DNA from: an uncultured delta proteobacterium
GTDB taxonomy: Bacteria > Desulfobacterota > Desulfobacteria > Desulfobacterales > QNYZ01
Assembly: GCA_963845145.1 (NCBI GenBank)
Contig: CAWJQU010000005.1
Coordinates: forward strand, 1,184,001 to 1,248,000
Reading direction: 5' to 3'
Length of the DNA: 64,000 nt
Below the pieces are notes generated by a model, which had not been told where the DNA came from, made no database searches, and saw only the letters and a list, made by a program, of their open reading frames with translations. The position numbers were made by a program, and so were the translations under genes. Of the stretch, positions 29,971 through 41,131 are shown in pieces (the first letter of the stretch is position 1; every line of letters starts with the position of its first letter).

Positions 29971-31776
29971 TTAGCGGTAAATCTCCTCGATCTCTTTGTT
30001 AAATTTTTTGTAAATATTGGTGCGTCTTACTTTCATTGTAGCTGTAAGTTCATCATCGTCATGATCAAGCTCCTTGGTGAGGAGTTTGAAACGGCGTACA
30101 TTTTCAACGCGGGCGAACTGGTCGTTTACCCGATTAACTTCATCTTGAATCAATGCCAGAGTGTCCGGGTTCGAGGAGAGGCTTTTAAAATTTGTATATG
30201 CAAGACGGTTATCAATGGCCCACTTGCCAACATTTTCAAAATCAATCTGAATCAAAGCGGCAAGGTATTTTCGTTGCTCACCCACCACGATGGCCTCTTT
30301 GATATATGGGCTAACCTTGAGAGCGTTTTCAATCTCCGACGGGGCGATGTTTTTACCTCCGGAAGTGATAATAATATCTTTTTTACGATCAACGATTAAA
30401 AGATGCCCGTCTTCATCCTCCTCGGCGATGTCCCCTGTAAGCAGCCAATCATCAACAACGGCCTGGCGTGTCGCTTTTTCATTTTTATAATATCCGACAA
30501 ATATGGGCACACCCTTTTTCATCAATTCTCCATCGGGTGCGATCTTGTATTCAATCCCCTTGATAGGCTTTCCAACCGTACCAAGTCTGATATCTTCACC
30601 CATGTGGATAAATGACAGACCGGTGGACTCGGTCATTCCGTAACCTTCCTTTACGCGGATACCGATACCGTGAAAAAACCGTAATACTTCCGGGCTGACT
30701 TTGGCGGCCGCCGAAAAACAAAAACGCGCCTTACGCAGCCCGACATAATTCTGCAGGGATCGCAGCACCAAACCATAGGCCAGCCATCCGGTTATGCGTT
30801 CTCTGAGACCCGCATTGTTGCCTGACAGGCGCTTTTCCGCGATTCGGTTTCCGGATGTCAGGCAGAGATTAAAAAGCCATTGCTTAAAACGGGACGAGTC
30901 CTTAATTTTGATCAAGATAGCGGATTGCAGCTTCTCCCAAATACGTGGGACGCCCAGAAAAACCGTGGGACCAATTTCCCTTAAGTCCGCCTGAATGGTT
31001 GCAATGCTTTCGGCAAAGCTAACCGGGTATCCCACAAACATCGGAAGAAACAAGCTGAAAATTTTTTCAGCCACGTGGCAGAGCGGTAAGTAGGATACAA
31101 CCGAGTCATCGTCGCGGGCTTCAATCGCATCAATGGTGCCGATGGTCATGGCCTCCACGTTGAGATGACTAATCATTGCCCCTTTGGGCTTTCCCGTAGT
31201 ACCCGACGTATAGACAATGGTGCAGACATCAGCCGCTTTTCCCAGGGCGATTTCCATTTTGAACAACTTGGGAGATTCCCGATCAAGGGTACGGCCATAC
31301 GCCTCGACTTGTTCAAAGGAGAGGATGTGATCCTTGGGGTAACGTCTCAAGCCTTTCATATCCGTGACAATTATTTTTTCCACCAAAGGTAGGTCATCCC
31401 ATACTTCCAAGATCTTATCGGTTTGCTCTTGATCCTCGCAGACGACAAACCGACTATCCGAATGTTTGACCACATAGTGGACTTCCTGGTAGGGACTGGT
31501 AGGATACACACCCACCGAGACCCCGCCCAGGCAGATGACCGCCAAATCGGAGTAAAGCCATTCCAGGCAATTTTCGCTAAGGATCGATAAGTGGTCACCC
31601 CGTTTGAAGCCGAGTGATACCAACCCCAGTGCAAAGTGCTTGACGTGTTCAAAGTACTGTTGCCAGGTTACGCGCTGCCAGACGCCGAAGTTCTTTTCCC
31701 GAAGGGCGACGGCGTCGTTTTTTTGAGCGACCCGTTCTAAAAAATATTGCCCCAAAGTTTTTCCCGCCTGTGTCAT
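29971..31776 (-). CDS. Long-chain fatty acid-CoA ligase
   Basis: YTSGTTGKPKG, GYGMTE, TGD, DRKKD; start set at MTQAGK behind AAGGA. Confidence 0.92.
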   Translation of the reverse strand: MTQAGKTLGQYFLERVAQKNDAVALREKNFGVWQRVTWQQYFEHVKHFALGLVSLGFKRGDHLSILSENCLEWLYSDLAVICLGGVSVGVYPTSPYQEVHYVVKHSDSRFVVCEDQEQTDKILEVWDDLPLVEKIIVTDMKGLRRYPKDHILSFEQVEAYGRTLDRESPKLFKMEIALGKAADVCTIVYTSGTTGKPKGAMISHLNVEAMTIGTIDAIEARDDDSVVSYLPLCHVAEKIFSLFLPMFVGYPVSFAESIATIQADLREIGPTVFLGVPRIWEKLQSAILIKIKDSSRFKQWLFNLCLTSGNRIAEKRLSGNNAGLRERITGWLAYGLVLRSLQNYVGLRKARFCFSAAAKVSPEVLRFFHGIGIRVKEGYGMTESTGLSFIHMGEDIRLGTVGKPIKGIEYKIAPDGELMKKGVPIFVGYYKNEKATRQAVVDDWLLTGDIAEEDEDGHLLIVDRKKDIIITSGGKNIAPSEIENALKVSPYIKEAIVVGEQRKYLAALIQIDFENVGKWAIDNRLAYTNFKSLSSNPDTLALIQDEVNRVNDQFARVENVRRFKLLTKELDHDDDELTATMKVRRTNIYKKFNKEIEEIYR

Positions 31777-31841
31777 ATCCTTTTGGTATCCTACTAAATT
31801 TTGGCGCCTTTCTAATTTAAACAACTCTGGCTTAACCAACG

Positions 31842-32663
31842 CTAACTTAACCAACGTTTTCGACGCTTATAGTGCTTAACGTCGCGATAACGCTTACTTC
31901 GGCCATGTTTTCCCAGACCTAAGTAAAACTCCTGGACATCCTGATCGTCAAGCAGGTTTTCAACCGGCCCATCCAGAACCATACGTCCATTTTCCATGAT
32001 ATAACCATAGTCGCTAACCGAAAGGGCCATGCGGGCATTTTGCTCTACGAGTAAAATAGTGGTTTTCTCTTTCCGGTTTATTTCCTGAATAATGGAAAAT
32101 ATTTCTTCCACCAATAAGGGCGCCAGGCCCAATGAAGGTTCATCCAGCATCATCAAGCGAGGATTGGTCAGCAGAGCCCGGGTAATGGCCAGCATTTGTT
32201 GTTCGCCACCGGATAAATACCCGGCCAATTGTTTGATACGTGCCTTGAGAACCGGGAAATAGGTGAAGTATTTATCCATGTGGCGCTTCACACGATTTCG
32301 ATCCTTTCGGGTATAAGCCCCGCAGCTAAGGTTTTCCTCTACGGTTAGATCTTCGAAAATACGACGTCCTTCCATGACCTGGACGATCCCTTTGCGAACG
32401 ATCTGGTGGGGGGCAAGGCCGGATAGAGGATTGTTTTGAAATTCAATCACGCCGTTGGCAATCTCACCGTCTTCTAAAGGCAATAAACCGCTAATCGCTT
32501 TTAAAGTGGTGCTTTTGCCAGCACCATTGCTGCCCAGCAAAGCCACAATGCTGCCTTTTTCTACTTGTAAAGAAAGGCCTTTCAGGACCAGCACGACGTG
32601 GTGATATACAACCTCGAGGTTGTTCACCTTTAAAAGCGGATGGACTATATGCGGTTCAATCAT
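31842..32663 (-). CDS. ABC ATPase (LivF-like)
   Basis: GSNGAGKS, LSGGEQQM, KHYKRRKRW tail. Confidence 0.92.
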   Translation of the reverse strand: MIEPHIVHPLLKVNNLEVVYHHVVLVLKGLSLQVEKGSIVALLGSNGAGKSTTLKAISGLLPLEDGEIANGVIEFQNNPLSGLAPHQIVRKGIVQVMEGRRIFEDLTVEENLSCGAYTRKDRNRVKRHMDKYFTYFPVLKARIKQLAGYLSGGEQQMLAITRALLTNPRLMMLDEPSLGLAPLLVEEIFSIIQEINRKEKTTILLVEQNARMALSVSDYGYIMENGRMVLDGPVENLLDDQDVQEFYLGLGKHGRSKRYRDVKHYKRRKRWLS

Positions 32664-32753
32664 GAAAAGGGTGACTCACCATTAATGCACGCAAGCGATA
32701 AATCCATAAAAACCCGAAGAGGCCGGCGGCCAGGGTCTCCTCGGGCAATGAGG

Positions 32754-33938
32754 TTACTCGTCTAAATAAATCCAATCCGAAGCAGGGGTAAATTCTCCCC
32801 CCTTGGCAACATACACCTTGCCCACAGCTGTCGCGTTGGAGCTTTTAAATCCAATTGTCCCGGCAAAGCCTTGGGTATCCCAATCCTTGACTTTGGGGAT
32901 CATGTTCTTAAGATTCTCACCCGTGAACGCAAGCCCCTCGGCGTGACATAGCTCGGCAAGTTTAGCGAAAATCATCCCGGTAAACCAACCTTGCATGTAC
33001 GAATTGGGGCGGTATTGAACGTCCGAATGATGGCGTTTGTTAAAATCCCGAATTTTTTGAATCATGGGGACATCGGTGTGATACCAGTATGCGTAGGGAT
33101 TGACGCCCATAAACCCTTCACCATCAGCTGCCAGTGCGTCTAAAAGCATTTTGGACATGGTCCAGAAAGAGCCCATAAAAGTGGTTGTCATTCCAAAATC
33201 CTTAGCTCCGCGAATGATCGCCGGGATCGGCGGCACCACGTATCCCTGGAAAATACAAAAGTCCGGATTGTTTCGTTTCAGATCTAGTAGCTGGCTGGTA
33301 GTGTCCACTGCACCCACCGCTGTGACTTCCTCGGCGACAACCTCAATTCCCAACTTTTTGGCCATCTCGCGGGCATACGGAATGGGGTCGCGTCCAAACT
33401 CGGTGTCACTGTAAAAGAAAGCCACCGTCGGCTTTTTTCCTTTTTGCTTAGGATTGGCGGCGATATACTTCAACAAAATCCCAAACTGCTGGGCATAGGT
33501 CGGGCCTGAAACAAACATGTAGGGATTTTTTTCGCGGTCAGCCAATTCCTGGGAAAACGAAGTGGAACCGTAAAGAACATGATAGCGGCTGTTGATTTCC
33601 GGTGCCAGCGCTTTGCCCTCGCCTGTGGATTCGCCATAGTTCATGGCCGGCGTGTGTTTGGCCATCTGCTTTTTGAATGTGGCCACAGCCCGGTTGAGAT
33701 CGTAACCGGTGTCTTCATAGATGTATTCAAACTTTTTTCCGGCCACGCCACCATTTTCATTGGCAAAGGCCATTGCATCCGCCAGTCCCTGATGGATGTG
33801 TTTACCGGCAAAAGCAAAGCGACCGGTTAAGGGTTGCTGGGCGGTAATTTTAATCGTGTCCTGGGCAAAAACATTTCCGACGGCCATCATTATTAATAAA
33901 GCCACCACCAGAGAAATCGTCCTTTTGTTTGTTTCCAT
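32754..33938 (-). CDS. ABC substrate-binding protein (LivK-like, probably fatty acids)
   Basis: Signal peptide; type I periplasmic binding pattern; cluster context. Confidence 0.88.
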   Translation of the reverse strand: METNKRTISLVVALLIMMAVGNVFAQDTIKITAQQPLTGRFAFAGKHIHQGLADAMAFANENGGVAGKKFEYIYEDTGYDLNRAVATFKKQMAKHTPAMNYGESTGEGKALAPEINSRYHVLYGSTSFSQELADREKNPYMFVSGPTYAQQFGILLKYIAANPKQKGKKPTVAFFYSDTEFGRDPIPYAREMAKKLGIEVVAEEVTAVGAVDTTSQLLDLKRNNPDFCIFQGYVVPPIPAIIRGAKDFGMTTTFMGSFWTMSKMLLDALAADGEGFMGVNPYAYWYHTDVPMIQKIRDFNKRHHSDVQYRPNSYMQGWFTGMIFAKLAELCHAEGLAFTGENLKNMIPKVKDWDTQGFAGTIGFKSSNATAVGKVYVAKGGEFTPASDWIYLDE

Positions 33939-34065
33939 TTTCTCCTCCCGTTTTCAAATAAAAATTTGATTTGAACGTTCGGTCAACCGCTATGATCCGT
34001 GAATTTTATGGATGGCATAGGGCCCCCCTCCTTTTTGCCCTATGTCAATAAAGGTGATTCATTTT

Positions 34066-35109
34066 CTAGTAATCAAACGGCCAGATCCGAAAAAAATTTT
34101 TAATCCGACGCCAGATTTCAGCCAGTCCATGGGGTTCAAAGACTAGAAAGATGACGATTAAAAAGCCGAAAACAACGGTTTGTAAAGGATATAGGTAGCT
34201 CATGACAGTTGGATTGAAACCCTGCAATAGCCCCAGTAAATTCTGTAACAACTCAGGAATCATCGTCATGAAAATGGCTCCGAAAATGGACCCCAAGACG
34301 GAGCCCAGGCCGCCAACAATAATCATGGCCAGGTATCGGATACTTTCATGCAAAGGGAAGTGTTCGGGGGTAACGATTCTGAGCATATAGGCGCTTAAGC
34401 AACCGGCTACCCCGGCATAAAAGGAGCTCGCGGCGAACGCATAGAGTTTGTATTTAAACAGGTTAATGCCCATCAGTTCGGCCGATATGTCACGGTCACG
34501 AATAGCGATAAAGGCGCGTCCCACACGGGTGCGGAAAAGATTCCGGGCGGCAGTCACCATCAGGATGACGATCGGGGCGGTAATAAAATACAGCTTAAAC
34601 TCCGTATCCAAAGTGACACCAAACATTTGTGCGGCGGGGATGTTAATGCCCCTGATTCCACCTGTCATCGATTCCCAGTGAACGAAGACAAATTCGAAGA
34701 TTACCTGGGCGGCCAGGGTAGCGATGCACAAGTATAAGCCTTTCATTCGCATGGAAGGCGCACCGACCAACACACCGAAGAAGGCGGATGACAGCCCCGC
34801 GAGGGGCAGGCAAAGCAAAAAGGGCAAGTCCAAACGGGTGGTCAGAATACCGGCCGTGTAGGCTCCGATACCGATGAAAGCCGCATGGCCCAGTGATATC
34901 TGGCCGGCGGCACCGGTGAGGATATTGAGCCCCACGGCAGCGATAATGGCGACCCCGGTTATATTGGCGAGATAGACCAGGTAAGGTCCGGCGACAAACG
35001 GAAAGATGGTCAGGGCCGCAAAAAGGACGATTAGCCAGAACTTAACGGTACCGGAACGAAAGACCGCTTCGTCCGCTGCATAGGTTTCCTTAAAATCGCC
35101 GATGCGCAT
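34066..35109 (-). CDS. ABC permease (LivM-like)
   Basis: GQISLGHAAF, GRAFIAIRD. Confidence 0.92.
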   Translation of the reverse strand: MRIGDFKETYAADEAVFRSGTVKFWLIVLFAALTIFPFVAGPYLVYLANITGVAIIAAVGLNILTGAAGQISLGHAAFIGIGAYTAGILTTRLDLPFLLCLPLAGLSSAFFGVLVGAPSMRMKGLYLCIATLAAQVIFEFVFVHWESMTGGIRGINIPAAQMFGVTLDTEFKLYFITAPIVILMVTAARNLFRTRVGRAFIAIRDRDISAELMGINLFKYKLYAFAASSFYAGVAGCLSAYMLRIVTPEHFPLHESIRYLAMIIVGGLGSVLGSIFGAIFMTMIPELLQNLLGLLQGFNPTVMSYLYPLQTVVFGFLIVIFLVFEPHGLAEIWRRIKNFFRIWPFDY

Positions 35110-35143
35110 TTATCTTGCCTTATTTGGCCAATTCGTATGCCGA

Positions 35144-36028
35144 CTAAAGCCGTTCTATCTCTTTTTTCCCAAATAACCCATAGGGTTTTACCATCAGGAT
35201 AATGACGAGCACGACAAATGGCGCCACATCCTTAACACCGCCACCCACATAGGGGTCCAGATAGCCGCCGGCCAAGTTTTCGACTAACCCCACAATGAAC
35301 CCACCTATCACTGCACCGGCAATGGAATCCAAACCGCCGAGTATAACCACGGGAAATATCTTGAGCCCGATATGGCCCAAGGTGGGCTGGATACCGCCCA
35401 TGTTACCGATAATCACACCACCCAGGGAGGCTGCCATCGCACCAAAGGCCCAGGCCAGGGTGAACATGGAGCGGACGTTGATACCCATGGAAAAAGAAGC
35501 CATCTGGTCGGCAGCGGTGGCGCGCATGGCGATACCTATCTTGGCGTACTTGAATAAAACGGCAAAAAAAGTGATTGCCACCATGGCGATACAAAACCCC
35601 CAGAACAGGTTGGCGCGTATAATAATCCCGCCCATAACAATGGGAGCGCGTGGAAACAGGGGCGGAAAGCTTTTAAAATCAGAGGACCAGATCATCTCGG
35701 CCAGACCCATGAGGATCGAAGAGAGACCGATGGTCACCATAATAATGCTGATGACCGGTTGGCCCAGCATATGTTTTAAGATGGTTCGTTCAACCAAAAA
35801 ACCCAGCCCGGCCGCACAGAACATGACCAGGATAAAGGAAAGAATCGTAGGCAGACCCGCCATTACCATGAAGGTATAGAAGAAATAAGCCCCGATCATC
35901 ATAAATTCACCCGTGGCGAAGTTGATGATACTGGTTGCCTTGTAGATTAGAACGAAGCCCAGAGCGATAAGGGCATAAACGCCTCCCACCGCTATCCCGC
36001 TGACAATGAGTTGTATCAGGATGTCCAT
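35144..36028 (-). CDS. ABC permease (LivH-like)
   Basis: YALIALGF, INFATGE, GIAMRA. Confidence 0.92.
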   Translation of the reverse strand: MDILIQLIVSGIAVGGVYALIALGFVLIYKATSIINFATGEFMMIGAYFFYTFMVMAGLPTILSFILVMFCAAGLGFLVERTILKHMLGQPVISIIMVTIGLSSILMGLAEMIWSSDFKSFPPLFPRAPIVMGGIIIRANLFWGFCIAMVAITFFAVLFKYAKIGIAMRATAADQMASFSMGINVRSMFTLAWAFGAMAASLGGVIIGNMGGIQPTLGHIGLKIFPVVILGGLDSIAGAVIGGFIVGLVENLAGGYLDPYVGGGVKDVAPFVVLVIILMVKPYGLFGKKEIERL

Positions 36029-36029
36029 A

Positions 36030-36815
36030 TCATTCCTTTTTTTCGCCCAGATAGGCTTTTACCACTTCAGGATGATGCTGCACTTCCCGGGGTGTTCCCT
36101 CGGCAATTTTTTGCCCAAAATTGACCACAAGGACCCGGTCACTGATATCCATGATAACGCTCATGTCGTGTTCGATCAGCACAATGGTCAACTCGCGCTC
36201 CTCCTTGATGTCCAAAATGAAGCGGGCCATATCCTCCGTCTCTTCGGCATTCATGCCTGCCACCGGTTCGTCCATCAGAAGGACTTTCGGTTTCATCGCC
36301 AGTGCCCGGGCAAGTTCAACCCGTTTCTGCTGGCCATATGACAAGGAGGCTACCGGTAGTTTGCGGATGTTTTCAATCTCAAGAAAGTCGATGATCTCTT
36401 CTTCGACGCTGCGTCGTAAAGCCATCTCCTCGCGGTGGGCGGCGCCCCAGTATAAAAAAGCAGACAAAAGGCCGGTCTTGAGGTGGGCATGTGCACCGAG
36501 TTTGATATTGTCCAGGACGGTCATGCCACGGTACAGGGCGATATTTTGAAAGGTTCGGGCCAGGCCGATTTTGGCCCGACGATCGGGCGACATCTTGTTT
36601 ATCTCTGTTTTTTCAAACAGGATGCGACCTTCGTTGGGTTGATAAAACCCACCGATACAATTTAATATGGACGTTTTTCCGGCACCATTGGGACCAATAA
36701 TGCTATAGATTTCACCCGAGTCAACAGAGAAACTGATGTCATTTAATACTCGGAGGCCGCCAAAAGAAAGGCTTAAGCCCTCAACCGATAGGACCGTCAT
36801 CGAATTTTTTACCAA
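36030..36815 (-). CDS. ABC ATPase (LivG-like)
   Basis: GPNGAGKT, RTFQN, LSYGQQK. Confidence 0.92.
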   Translation of the reverse strand: MVKNSMTVLSVEGLSLSFGGLRVLNDISFSVDSGEIYSIIGPNGAGKTSILNCIGGFYQPNEGRILFEKTEINKMSPDRRAKIGLARTFQNIALYRGMTVLDNIKLGAHAHLKTGLLSAFLYWGAAHREEMALRRSVEEEIIDFLEIENIRKLPVASLSYGQQKRVELARALAMKPKVLLMDEPVAGMNAEETEDMARFILDIKEERELTIVLIEHDMSVIMDISDRVLVVNFGQKIAEGTPREVQHHPEVVKAYLGEKKE

Positions 36816-36909
36816 ATTTGGTAATCTCCAATCCAGATTCTAATCCAATTTCGATCTTTACCCCATTCCGGTTTCGACCTCTAACCCACTTCAGCTCTTG
36901 CGTTGGATT

Positions 36910-38499
36910 TTACACCCTTATGGTTTCCCCTACCCTGGGAACAAAAGCGGAAAATCCTTCCTTGCCCAGCAAACCGGCAAAGGCTTGGGATTGTTTCTCC
37001 TCACCGTGAACCACGGCAATTCGTTTAATTTTTAGATTTGATTTTTTTAAAAAACGAAGCAACTCCGACTGGTCGCCGTGGGCGCTGAATCCGCCGAGCT
37101 TGATGACTTCCGCCTTGAGCGGATATTCCTTGCCGAGTATTTTAACCAAGGGGGCATCGCCTTTTTGATCGCCTTTGGCCCATTGGGTTCCCTGCTCCAG
37201 AATTCGGCGTCCGAGGGTATGGGCGGCCATGAACCCCACAATCAGTATTGTATGTTTTTTATTGTGAATTTTATGGCGAAGATGGTGCAGGATTCTTCCG
37301 CCTTCGATCATTCCCGAAGCAGAGATGACAATATGGGGTTTTTGTTCACGGTTAAGGGCCATGGAGGCTTCCACCGTTTTTACGAAATCAATTTGTTTAA
37401 ATGAAAAAGGGTTGTTGCCTTCGGACAGAAACTTTTGCATGGTTTCGTTATCATATACTTCCGGATGTTCACCGTAGACCCGGGTTAGCCGGGTGGCAAG
37501 GGGGCTGTCCACATGGACTGGAATTGGCGGTACTTCTTTGGCATCATAAAGTTCATGGAGGCGATAGATTAACTCTTGCGTACGTCCAAAGGCAAAGGCC
37601 GGGATGATGACGGTGCCCCCCCGGTCATAGGTATCGGTGATCACCTTTTTGAGCATGGGCCCCATATCTATTATCGGTTCGTGCAACCGATCGCCGTAAG
37701 TACTCTCCATGATCAACAGGTCAAGATTACGGTCTTCTTCATTAAAGTCGGTGGTGGGGTCTCTTAGGATGGCCGTGCCGAAACGACCCAGATCACCGGT
37801 GTATCCAATGGTGAAGGTTTTTCCGGCTTTTTTAACTTTTACAATGGAGATGGCCGATCCCATGATGTGGCCGGCGTCATAAAAAGTGCAGGTCATATCC
37901 TTACCGATGGTGACCGGGTCACGGTAGGGGTAACCCTTAAAATAGGTGAGGGCCTGTTCCGCGTCCTCCGTTGTATATAATGGTTTGACGCCATCCAGGC
38001 GGTATTCACCAATGAGCCCGTCGATGGCTTCGGTATTGATCCGACGGCCTTTCTTCAGCCTGGCCCGGATCTCCTTTTGATCCTTGTCGCTCAATTTTTT
38101 TCCCGTTACCGAGGATTTCATTTTGGAAATCGCATTGCGAACGGTTTTATAATTCAAATACGAGGCATCGGACTCCTGAATACGGGCCGAATCGTGGAGT
38201 AAATATTCGCAGGCATCAGCCGTGGGTCGCGTACAATAAATGTGGCCGTGAAAATCTTTGTTGGCGATCATGGGAATTCGACCGGAATGGTCGATGTGGG
38301 CGTGGGATAATACAATATTGGTAATCATTTTCGGATCAACGGGCATCACGCGATTTTTTTCCGCGCTCTCTTTTCGACGCCCCTGAAACATGCCGCAGTC
38401 AAAGATGATTCGATCCTCTCCTGTGTCCAACAAATGCATTGAGCCGGTCACTTCCCGGGTCGCCCCATAACAAGTCACGTTCATTTGCAGATTCTCCAT
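36910..38499 (-). CDS. MBL-fold beta-CASP ribonuclease
   Basis: VTGS, SHAHIDHSG, ESTYG, FSAHGDQ, VHGE. Confidence 0.92.
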   Translation of the reverse strand: MENLQMNVTCYGATREVTGSMHLLDTGEDRIIFDCGMFQGRRKESAEKNRVMPVDPKMITNIVLSHAHIDHSGRIPMIANKDFHGHIYCTRPTADACEYLLHDSARIQESDASYLNYKTVRNAISKMKSSVTGKKLSDKDQKEIRARLKKGRRINTEAIDGLIGEYRLDGVKPLYTTEDAEQALTYFKGYPYRDPVTIGKDMTCTFYDAGHIMGSAISIVKVKKAGKTFTIGYTGDLGRFGTAILRDPTTDFNEEDRNLDLLIMESTYGDRLHEPIIDMGPMLKKVITDTYDRGGTVIIPAFAFGRTQELIYRLHELYDAKEVPPIPVHVDSPLATRLTRVYGEHPEVYDNETMQKFLSEGNNPFSFKQIDFVKTVEASMALNREQKPHIVISASGMIEGGRILHHLRHKIHNKKHTILIVGFMAAHTLGRRILEQGTQWAKGDQKGDAPLVKILGKEYPLKAEVIKLGGFSAHGDQSELLRFLKKSNLKIKRIAVVHGEEKQSQAFAGLLGKEGFSAFVPRVGETIRV

Positions 38500-38923
38500 T
38501 TATCCATAATTTTATGCTCACCCCAAATGGCAAATTGTTGATTGGCCTAAGGCCGCGGCGTTTTTTGAAAGTGCATGCCGTGCGAGCTGCCCTGATATTG
38601 ATTTTTAAAACGAAACAAACCAAGTGTGGAATCCAAGATGTCGTACTTGGATGGCTTCAAGTACGGATACCATAACGTTTTCCGGGCATATCCGTCAAGG
38701 TTTCTACTTGAGATTGTCCTGGTAAAGTCCCTTTAAGTCCTTGATATTTGCACCGGGCGAGATTAATTTAAATTTAGCCGTTAAAGAAAACGGCAACCTC
38801 GGAATCAGGATAGTGAAAAGAAAAGTGGGAGGTGGACGCTCTGAATTTAAAACAAGAGCGAATTATGATCGATGTTGAAAAATTCACGACTACCATTGTG
38901 AAAAACGCGACTGTCGGCAGATC

Positions 38924-39811
38924 ATGAAAATTGCGCTGATTGCCAATCCGCGTTCAGGCGGAAAAAACAGTGAAAAGCGGATTTATCCCATCATACGAAC
39001 GTTAAAATCTGCCGGATTTGGAATCGAGTTGTTTGTCTCTCGCCACCACGGCCACGTGATGGAGATTATGCGTGATATCGATCCGGCCTGCTTCGACGCC
39101 ATCATTGCCATGGGTGGAGATGGCACCAATTACCAGGTGCTCAACGGGCTTTTGAAATACCATCCGTATGAATCTGTGCCGCCACTGGGCATCATCCCAT
39201 TGGGCCGGGGAAACTCATTTGCCCGGGACTTGCCGATTCGAAGCGTCCGGGAAAGTATAAAGGCCGTGATTCGAAAATCCACACGCCCGGTCGATGTCTG
39301 CACATTTACCCAAAAAGATGAAATCTATTACTTTGTCAATTTACTGGGAATCGGCTTTGTCACCGATGTCGCCCGTACGGCGGCGCGATATCCCCTGGCC
39401 GGCGATTTGAGTTATGTGATCGGTGTTTTTCACCGGGTGATCCGATTGCCATTTCACCGCATGCATCTCGAAATCGACGGCGAAACGATCGTTCAAAGAA
39501 ATTGTTTTGTCGAAATCTGTAACTCCCGGTATACGGGCGGCGCCATGCTCATGGCCCCGGATGCACGCATCGATGACGGCTGGTTTGATGTCGTGATCCT
39601 CGGTCCATTAACCCGGTGGAGCCTGCTGAAGACGTTTCCCAAAATTTTTAAAGGCACCCATGGTGAAAATCCGGCCGTGCGGTTTGTGCGTGGAAAGCAC
39701 GCGAAAATTATTACGACTCCGGAAAAAAATATGCTGCCGGATGGCGAATGTTTTGGCACCACCGAAACCACTATTGGTATTTTGCCGGGGCATGTGAGGT
39801 ATTTTTGTTAA
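38924..39811 (+). CDS. Diacylglycerol kinase family lipid kinase
   Basis: NPRSG, GGDGT, PLGRGNSFA, DGE. Confidence 0.9.
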   Translation: MKIALIANPRSGGKNSEKRIYPIIRTLKSAGFGIELFVSRHHGHVMEIMRDIDPACFDAIIAMGGDGTNYQVLNGLLKYHPYESVPPLGIIPLGRGNSFARDLPIRSVRESIKAVIRKSTRPVDVCTFTQKDEIYYFVNLLGIGFVTDVARTAARYPLAGDLSYVIGVFHRVIRLPFHRMHLEIDGETIVQRNCFVEICNSRYTGGAMLMAPDARIDDGWFDVVILGPLTRWSLLKTFPKIFKGTHGENPAVRFVRGKHAKIITTPEKNMLPDGECFGTTETTIGILPGHVRYFC

Positions 39812-40523
39812 AATTCATTCAATCGATCCTGCTTTGGGGTGTGGGTGGCCTGCATTTTCTCATGATTTTTATGGTCATTGCCACCGGTCTATTTTTTTTT
39901 AAAGCCAAAACCATTTTCCCTATGGTTCGAATGCTGGCACGAAGCCAATTGCGCATCGTGGGACTTCGCCTAAAGGTGGTAGGGCTCGAAAATTTTGAAA
40001 ACGGCCGCACCTATCTCATGCTGGGTAACCATGAAAGCCTGTTTGATGCGTTTGCCGTACCGGCGTCCATTCCGCATCATGCCGTGGGAATTGAGGCCGC
40101 AGGTCATTTTAAATGGCCGCTGTGGGGCTATTTGACCCGAAAGTGGGGCAATATCCCCGTTATCAGAACCAATTTACCCAAAGCCATTGAAAGCCTGCAA
40201 AAAGCGGCGGGTGTGATTGCCTCGGGCACACCGGTAATCGTACTGCCCGAAGGCCACCGAACCCTCACGGGTCACTTCAGTGAATTCAAAAAAGGTCCTT
40301 TTCATTTGGCCAAAGCCGCCAAAGCGGATATTCTCCCGTTTATTTTGAGCGGGTTGTATGAATTTAACAATAAAAACAGCTGGCATCTAAATCCGGGAAC
40401 GGCCCGTGTTGTTTTCGGGGCTCCCATCCCCTATAAATCGGTTGACATCTTTCCGTAGAAGAGCTCAGGTCCCGGGTAAGAAACCGTATGATCGAATTAA
40501 AGAAAGCCGCTGATCTTATCTGA
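39805..40523 (+). CDS. 1-acyl-glycerol-3-phosphate acyltransferase family (one frameshift near 40445)
   Basis: NHESLFD, LPEGHR, FKKGPF. The plausible C-terminus HLSVEELRSRVRNRMIELKK... continues in a shifted frame to TGA 40523. Confidence 0.8.
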
Positions 40524-40614
40524 TCTATTTCACTTATTAAAAAATCAATATCATGTGACTTTCGGCTATAATTTTCGAAATATTTACTGAATGCATCAGT
40601 TATAATAATAATTA

Positions 40615-40643
40615 TTGACAGATACATCATATTTATCTAATAG
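40615..40643 (+). promoter_or_regulatory. Putative sigma-70 promoter for lrp-gcv
   Basis: TTGACA-17 nt-TAATAG in an AT-rich intergenic region. Confidence 0.4.
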
Positions 40644-40674
40644 GCTTTAAGATGCTACTGAAGGAAACGGAATT

Positions 40675-41124
40675 ATGAAAATTGATGATCTGAATATCGA
40701 CATCATTCGCCATCTTCGTGATGGTCGGAAATCTTTTAAAATCATCGCTGAGGAGCTGGGTGTCGCCGAAAACACCATACGGACGCGAGTCGCCAAGCTT
40801 GAAGATGAGGGGGTCCTGGAGGTTACCGGGCTGGTGGATCCCGAAGCCGTTCCCCACCACCGGGTCGTTATGGTGGGTGTGAAATTGGCGACCATGAATC
40901 TGGTTACTAAAGGTGAAGAGTTCAGCAAGTGCCGCGGGGTTGTCTCGGTTAGCGTGGTCACCGGCCGCTTTGACCTGATTCTCGTTGTTTTGCTGAAAGA
41001 GGGTTTCGATCTGCTGGAGTTTTATACCGAAGAAGTGTCCAAAGTGGAGGGGGTCCAAAACGTAGAAACCTTCGTCATATATAAAAGTTACAACTTAAAG
41101 GTTCCCTATATTTTTACAGATTAG
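40675..41124 (+). CDS. Lrp/AsnC family transcriptional regulator
   Basis: DGRKSF..IAEELGV HTH; VTGRFD RAM domain. Confidence 0.92.
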   Translation: MKIDDLNIDIIRHLRDGRKSFKIIAEELGVAENTIRTRVAKLEDEGVLEVTGLVDPEAVPHHRVVMVGVKLATMNLVTKGEEFSKCRGVVSVSVVTGRFDLILVVLLKEGFDLLEFYTEEVSKVEGVQNVETFVIYKSYNLKVPYIFTD

Positions 41125-41131
41125 ACCTATT

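Noticed and set aside
38865..38927. 20-aa ORF (MIDVEKFTTTIVKNATVGRS) overlapping the lipid kinase start
   Set aside because: The Thr run is suggestive, but there are no attenuator stems and no well-spaced RBS; may be a gene remnant.
40524..41131. Glycine riboswitch upstream of gcv
   Set aside because: No aptamer motifs; the space is occupied by an Lrp/AsnC gene.
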